This document shows, piece after piece, positions 57,309 through 61,453 of a stretch of DNA of 61,453 nucleotides. Within the stretch, counting starts at the first letter, position 1. Every line of letters begins with the position of its first letter. Both the position numbers and the translations under genes were made by a program. The stretch covers positions 1 through 61,453 of the IMG/VR virus record IMGVR_UViG_3300037313_000809, one strand, 5' to 3'. The stretch comes from a virus (taxonomy: Duplodnaviria; Caudoviricetes). Under the pieces are notes generated by a model. It was not told the origin of the DNA. It did not search any database and worked only from the letters and a program-made list of their open reading frames with translations.

Positions 57309-58529
57309 ATGTCTGCAAGTGAACCGAAGGTGATCGAGTATCTGCGCACGCACTCCGCCGCTGACCTCATGCGCGACCATGGGGTCAAGGTGAGCGTGGG
57401 AACGAGGGGGTACAAAGCGAGCTTGAACTATGACCAGATCGCGGCGAGGGAGAGCGATACGCTCGCGAACGAATGCCGCGCGTTGGTGCTGGCTACGCAC
57501 GATGGAAGGGCATGGCCCGAGGACGGACCTGTCGGCGACACGATCGTGCTCGCGCGTGCCTTCGACCGGTTCTTCAATCACGGGACGGGAGCGGCGCACG
57601 CCGTGGACCTCGACCACCCCGAAACGCGCGTGTTCGAAAAGCTCGACGGGACGCTGATCCTTGTCTACTTCGACCCGTTCGTGTCGTCGTGGTGCGTGGC
57701 GACACGCTCGGTCCCCGACGCTGACAAGCCGCTGAACGGCATGGCCTTATCCGGCGAGGGCGAGTGGACGTTCCGCAGCCTGTTCGAGATGACGCTGCGG
57801 GAATGCGGGATCGACTTCGACACGCTCACGCAGTCGCTAGGCACGAACGTGACGTACATCTACGAACTCACGACACCGTGGAACACGATCATCGTCCGAC
57901 ACGAACGCTGCCGAGTTCACTTGCTTGGCGCGCGGGATTGGGACGGCAACGAACTGCACGCCGACCGCTGGGATACCCATCCGATAGCGCGCTGCCCGAG
58001 CCATCCCGTGCGCTCGCTCACTGAACTCTTCGCCCTACTCGACTCACGCGCGCCGACCGAGTCCGAGGGCGTGGTCGTGCGCATGTCCGGCTTCCGCCGC
58101 GTGAAGGTGAAGAGCGCTGCCTACGTCGCGGCCACGCGGATGAAGGAGTCCGTCGGCACGTCCGTCCGCTCCATGCTGGAGGTCGTGCTCCTGAACCGCG
58201 ACGACGACGTGATGCCGCTGCTCCCGAAGCCGCTACAAGAGCGGCTGGTCACCGTGCGCGAGCGGTTCGCGACACTGGAGGCACGTATCGATGCGGCATG
58301 GCCGGGCGTGCTTGCGTGCGCCGTGGGTGACAATCCGAGGAAGGCGGTAGCGCTGGCGGTCAAGGCGGCGAACCTGCCCATCGCCCCTATGATGGAGCGC
58401 TACGCGGGCAAGGTGGACAGCTTCCGTGGGTGGGTCATGCGCGCGAAGACCGAGACCGGGTGGAGCGATTCCTTTCTCGACGGCGTGCTGGCGTTGATGG
58501 GCGAGACGCAGGAAGCCAAGGCAGCGTGA
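57309..58529 (+). CDS. T4 Rnl1-like RNA ligase
   Basis: ECRALVL...AFDRFFN...EKLDGT...ATR...YIYEL...EGVVV...RVKVKS..Y. Confidence 0.85.
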   Translation: MSASEPKVIEYLRTHSAADLMRDHGVKVSVGTRGYKASLNYDQIAARESDTLANECRALVLATHDGRAWPEDGPVGDTIVLARAFDRFFNHGTGAAHAVDLDHPETRVFEKLDGTLILVYFDPFVSSWCVATRSVPDADKPLNGMALSGEGEWTFRSLFEMTLRECGIDFDTLTQSLGTNVTYIYELTTPWNTIIVRHERCRVHLLGARDWDGNELHADRWDTHPIARCPSHPVRSLTELFALLDSRAPTESEGVVVRMSGFRRVKVKSAAYVAATRMKESVGTSVRSMLEVVLLNRDDDVMPLLPKPLQERLVTVRERFATLEARIDAAWPGVLACAVGDNPRKAVALAVKAANLPIAPMMERYAGKVDSFRGWVMRAKTETGWSDSFLDGVLALMGETQEAKAA

Positions 58530-58931
58530 GATGGCACGTACGCAGCATGCCCGAAGGCGACGCGTACTACCCACGTGAGCGCATGACCCGCGAGTGCAGC
58601 GAGTGCGGCTGGACGGCGTGGGTGGTGCTGGCCCTGCGCTACGCGGGCCTGCGCAAGCACGCGATGGCACAGCTCGACAGGGACACCGATGCGCATGAGT
58701 GCCCGCATCGAATCGTGCTTGTGCCGATCGACGATGGCTCATGGCCGCCGAAGGCGTATCGAATGGTGCGGGCGAGCGAGATGGATTGCGCGGAGATGCG
58801 CGAGGCGGGAGGGTAGGCGGGATGACAGTGGGACAGAAGATCGCGCTCGTCGTGTCTATCGGCCTGCTCGTGGGCGCACTGATCGGAACACGACGTCCGA
58901 CGAGGCTAGGGCGCGAGCGCAGGAGGCGACG

Positions 58932-59183
58932 ATGACGAACAACCTACGCCGCTCCATCCGCGACGCCTACTGGCGCGTTGGCGCAGACGCCAAAGCCGTC
59001 GGCGCGGCGTGGTACGAGCGCTGGGCGCTGGATGTGGCGGAGGCGGTAATTGATCGTGCGGTGGGGAAGACGGGGGCGGTGGTGATGACCGTGCGTGCGA
59101 CGCTCGCAGTGCGCTGGTTCGTTGGAGCCATCGCGTGGAGCGCAGTGGGCGAGGCTGCGATGCGGGTGATGCGGGAGGAGTAG
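58932..59183 (+). CDS. Small hypothetical protein
   Basis: AGGAGG RBS. Confidence 0.5.
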   Translation: MTNNLRRSIRDAYWRVGADAKAVGAAWYERWALDVAEAVIDRAVGKTGAVVMTVRATLAVRWFVGAIAWSAVGEAAMRVMREE

Positions 59184-59238
59184 CCGCAGATGATCCGCGC
59201 TGCGGCGCCGCGTCCAGTCCGGGGGAGTCGTCCCGGGA

Positions 59239-60042
59239 TCAGCTCACGGAGCGGAGTTTGATCTGGCGCGGGTCTGGAAGCGTGCGACTGGCTTTGATGG
59301 CGTCTTCCTCGGCTGCTTCAAGTTGCGCGATCAGCCCGCGCACCATTGGCCCCTTAGGGAAGTTCTTCCACGACGAGCCGCGCCCACCATAGCCGAATAG
59401 GTTTGCGATGCGGTTCGACGTAGCGCGGTGGTGACGCATCGCCTCGCGCGAGAGCTTCGCGTTCTGTGACGCGCCGACCATGAGGTTCGCGATGCGGCGC
59501 AGGCGAGCGTGGACGTGTTCGCGTGCCCACTCCTCGCCGACGATACCGGTGTCGTTAGCGGTCGACGCCGAGAGCTTGGAGACGATCGTCTCGATCGCCG
59601 TCATGCGCGACGCGAGAAGATCGATCGTCTTCGTCTGCGACTCGATGATCGACGCGATGCGCGAGTCCGCGAGTTGCTGCTGTGGGAGCAGGCCACGGCG
59701 GGCGAGCATGAAGACGCGGATGATCTCATCGAGCAGGGCGTCTGCCTTCGCTGTCTCGCTCTTCGCTGTGACCTTGAGTGCCTGTGCTTCGGTGAGCCAA
59801 AACTCGGTGGACGGTCGACCGCGACCATTTTGCGGCGCCGTACGGCAAAATACTTCGCCGAGCTTTCCATCGGATACGAGGCGCTTGATGAGGTCGCGAA
59901 CGTCTCGCGGTCGCTCGTACCCAAGACGCTCCGCTAGGTCGAGGTCGCGCACACGCGGTTCCTCGTCAGTGTCGAAACGGGAGAGGGTCCAGCCTTCGAC
60001 GTTGACGACGATGCTGGTCGAGTGATTCATTCGATCTGTCAT
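59239..60042 (-). CDS. Antirepressor-like DNA-binding protein
   Basis: DLDLAERLGYERPRDVRDLI...GRGRPSTEFWLTEAQA. Confidence 0.7.
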   Translation of the reverse strand: MTDRMNHSTSIVVNVEGWTLSRFDTDEEPRVRDLDLAERLGYERPRDVRDLIKRLVSDGKLGEVFCRTAPQNGRGRPSTEFWLTEAQALKVTAKSETAKADALLDEIIRVFMLARRGLLPQQQLADSRIASIIESQTKTIDLLASRMTAIETIVSKLSASTANDTGIVGEEWAREHVHARLRRIANLMVGASQNAKLSREAMRHHRATSNRIANLFGYGGRGSSWKNFPKGPMVRGLIAQLEAAEEDAIKASRTLPDPRQIKLRSVS

Positions 60043-60077
60043 CGAGACTCCAATCTGTCAGTTGGTTTTGGTGATCC

Positions 60078-60120
60078 GGCCTCCGAGCGTTGGCGCGCTT
60101 CGGGGGCCTTCTTTTTTTTT
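60078..60120 (+). terminator. Intrinsic terminator antisense to the antirepressor leader
   Basis: GGCCTCCGAGCG-loop-CGCTTCGGGGGCC followed by TTCTTTTTTTTT. Confidence 0.75.
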
Positions 60121-60516
60121 GACCTATACCGCCGACCGACGGACGTAGGGCAAGCGGGAAAAGTGAGGGTCGGCAGAAAGTCGTTAAGAGGCCCACCGCG
60201 CCCTCATCGCTCACCCGTGCGACCGTGAACGGATCGGATCGCTCTCATGCTCGTAGTCCACGGTCATCCCTTGTTCCGGATGCTCGCCATCTTCATCGAA
60301 GTAGTCGGAATCGGTGTCGACCGTGAACCCGATGGCGTCCTTCATCTCTTCGATGGGGACGCTCTTGGATGCGGTCGCGAGCGTCTGCACGACGTGACGT
60401 AGCGCGTCGAGGTCCGCTCGCCACGTGCGACTGCGGTTGCGGATCGTGGTCCGTAGTGCATTCGCGGCTTCAGCCAGCGCAGCGTCGATCGCAGCCGGCG
60501 CGCGGCGACGCATGCG

Positions 60517-60792
60517 CTAGTTCGCCCCGCCGTGACTTCCGTCCCCCGGCCCGTCGAACGACAGCTCTGTGTCGTTCGCTTCGTCCACCAACTCGCAGCA
60601 CATCGACATGGCGGCAAGGCCGATGGCGTGGACGATGGGGGCTTCCTGGTCTTCGCCGATGAGGAGCGGCGTCAGGCCGTCGCTTTGCGACACGACGACC
60701 AGCGCGATCGTCTCGATGTCGTCGCCGTCTTCGATGCGGTCGAGTAGGGCGCGGAGGGTGTCGAGTAGCTCAGTGCGGGCGGAAGGGGTCAT
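60517..60792 (-). CDS. Hypothetical acidic protein
   Basis: ATGA coupling. Confidence 0.5.
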   Translation of the reverse strand: MTPSARTELLDTLRALLDRIEDGDDIETIALVVVSQSDGLTPLLIGEDQEAPIVHAIGLAAMSMCCELVDEANDTELSFDGPGDGSHGGAN

Positions 60793-61453
60793 GCGGCCAC
60801 CTGCTTCTCTGGGCTCTCGCCCACCCACAGTGGCGTTACGTGGCACTTGCCGCGCTTCGAATCGATGAGGTGGAAGAGTTGTTGCGGCTGTTCGAATGGT
60901 GCGCGAATCCACGACGAGTACGGGCCGTATCCGATGAGCGATCCGTTCACGAGCGCTCTTGAGTAGTCGCGGAGCTGGTGCCAATGGCCCACGTAGTGCC
61001 AGTGCGCGTAGCGGATGTCGTCCCATGCGGGCACGGCTTTCAGGAGTGGAATCCCGAGACCGCCGACGCCGCCTTGGTACTTCAGCGAGTCGCCATGGTG
61101 GAAGTGCAGCGTGAAGTCGTACGCCTGCACGTACTGGTGAGCGGATGGACTCGTGTCGAACTGCACGCGTGGGTCGCCTGCGAACTCGCGTTCGATCGTG
61201 CGACCGAGCATCCATTCGAAGCTGTTCTCTGCGCCGGTCGAGATACGCGTCTTCTGTGTGGCGCGACCGTGATTCCCGAAACTCCATGGGACAAGGATCG
61301 ATCGCAGCTGGAGCCGCTCGAGGAGCGTGGCGATCCCGTCGCGGATGCGCGGCTGGAGCCACAACGCCGTTTCGATAGGGCTTAGATCGTTCGTCTCTTG
61401 GAGTTCAGGATGGATGTACCCGGACATGAGATCGCCGCTGAACGCGAGGACCA
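60789..61453 (-). CDS. 3' part of the calcineurin-like metallophosphoesterase (continues from 1-591)
   Basis: SGDLMSG, GNHGR, HHGD, GHWHQ, VNGS motifs. Confidence 0.85.
   Translation of the reverse strand, partial: VLAFSGDLMSGYIHPELQETNDLSPIETALWLQPRIRDGIATLLERLQLRSILVPWSFGNHGRATQKTRISTGAENSFEWMLGRTIEREFAGDPRVQFDTSPSAHQYVQAYDFTLHFHHGDSLKYQGGVGGLGIPLLKAVPAWDDIRYAHWHYVGHWHQLRDYSRALVNGSLIGYGPYSSWIRAPFEQPQQLFHLIDSKRGKCHVTPLWVGESPEKQVAA

Overview
The window is a near-complete, GC-rich temperate tailed-phage (siphovirus-like) genome, apparently in its non-integrated form. One metallophosphoesterase gene runs off both ends, and an intact attP is present. A myxobacterial host is my inference, from Cys-rich lipoproteins and an Mx8-like attP inside the integrase gene. 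The minus strand (1.8-43 kb) carries lysis, tail, head and terminase genes, GroES, four atypical tRNAs, an RNA ligase, a resolvase, DnaB, a replication initiator, a C5 methylase and cro. The plus strand (43-59 kb) carries cI, an ImmA-like gene, recombination genes, many small early genes, xis/int and a second (Rnl1-type) RNA ligase. The most notable observation is an antisense HNH endonuclease cassette that interrupted the 5' end of the putative endolysin gene and carries a recoded replacement N-terminus. Also notable are a non-canonical Leu/Leu/Leu/Tyr tRNA array with a structured leader plus two RNA ligases, a tRNA-Lys attP with arm repeats inside int, an HTH gene bracketed by perfect 17-bp inverted repeats, and an ImmA/IrrE protein lacking its catalytic Glu. 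All calls come from motif recognition by eye; no database searches were run.
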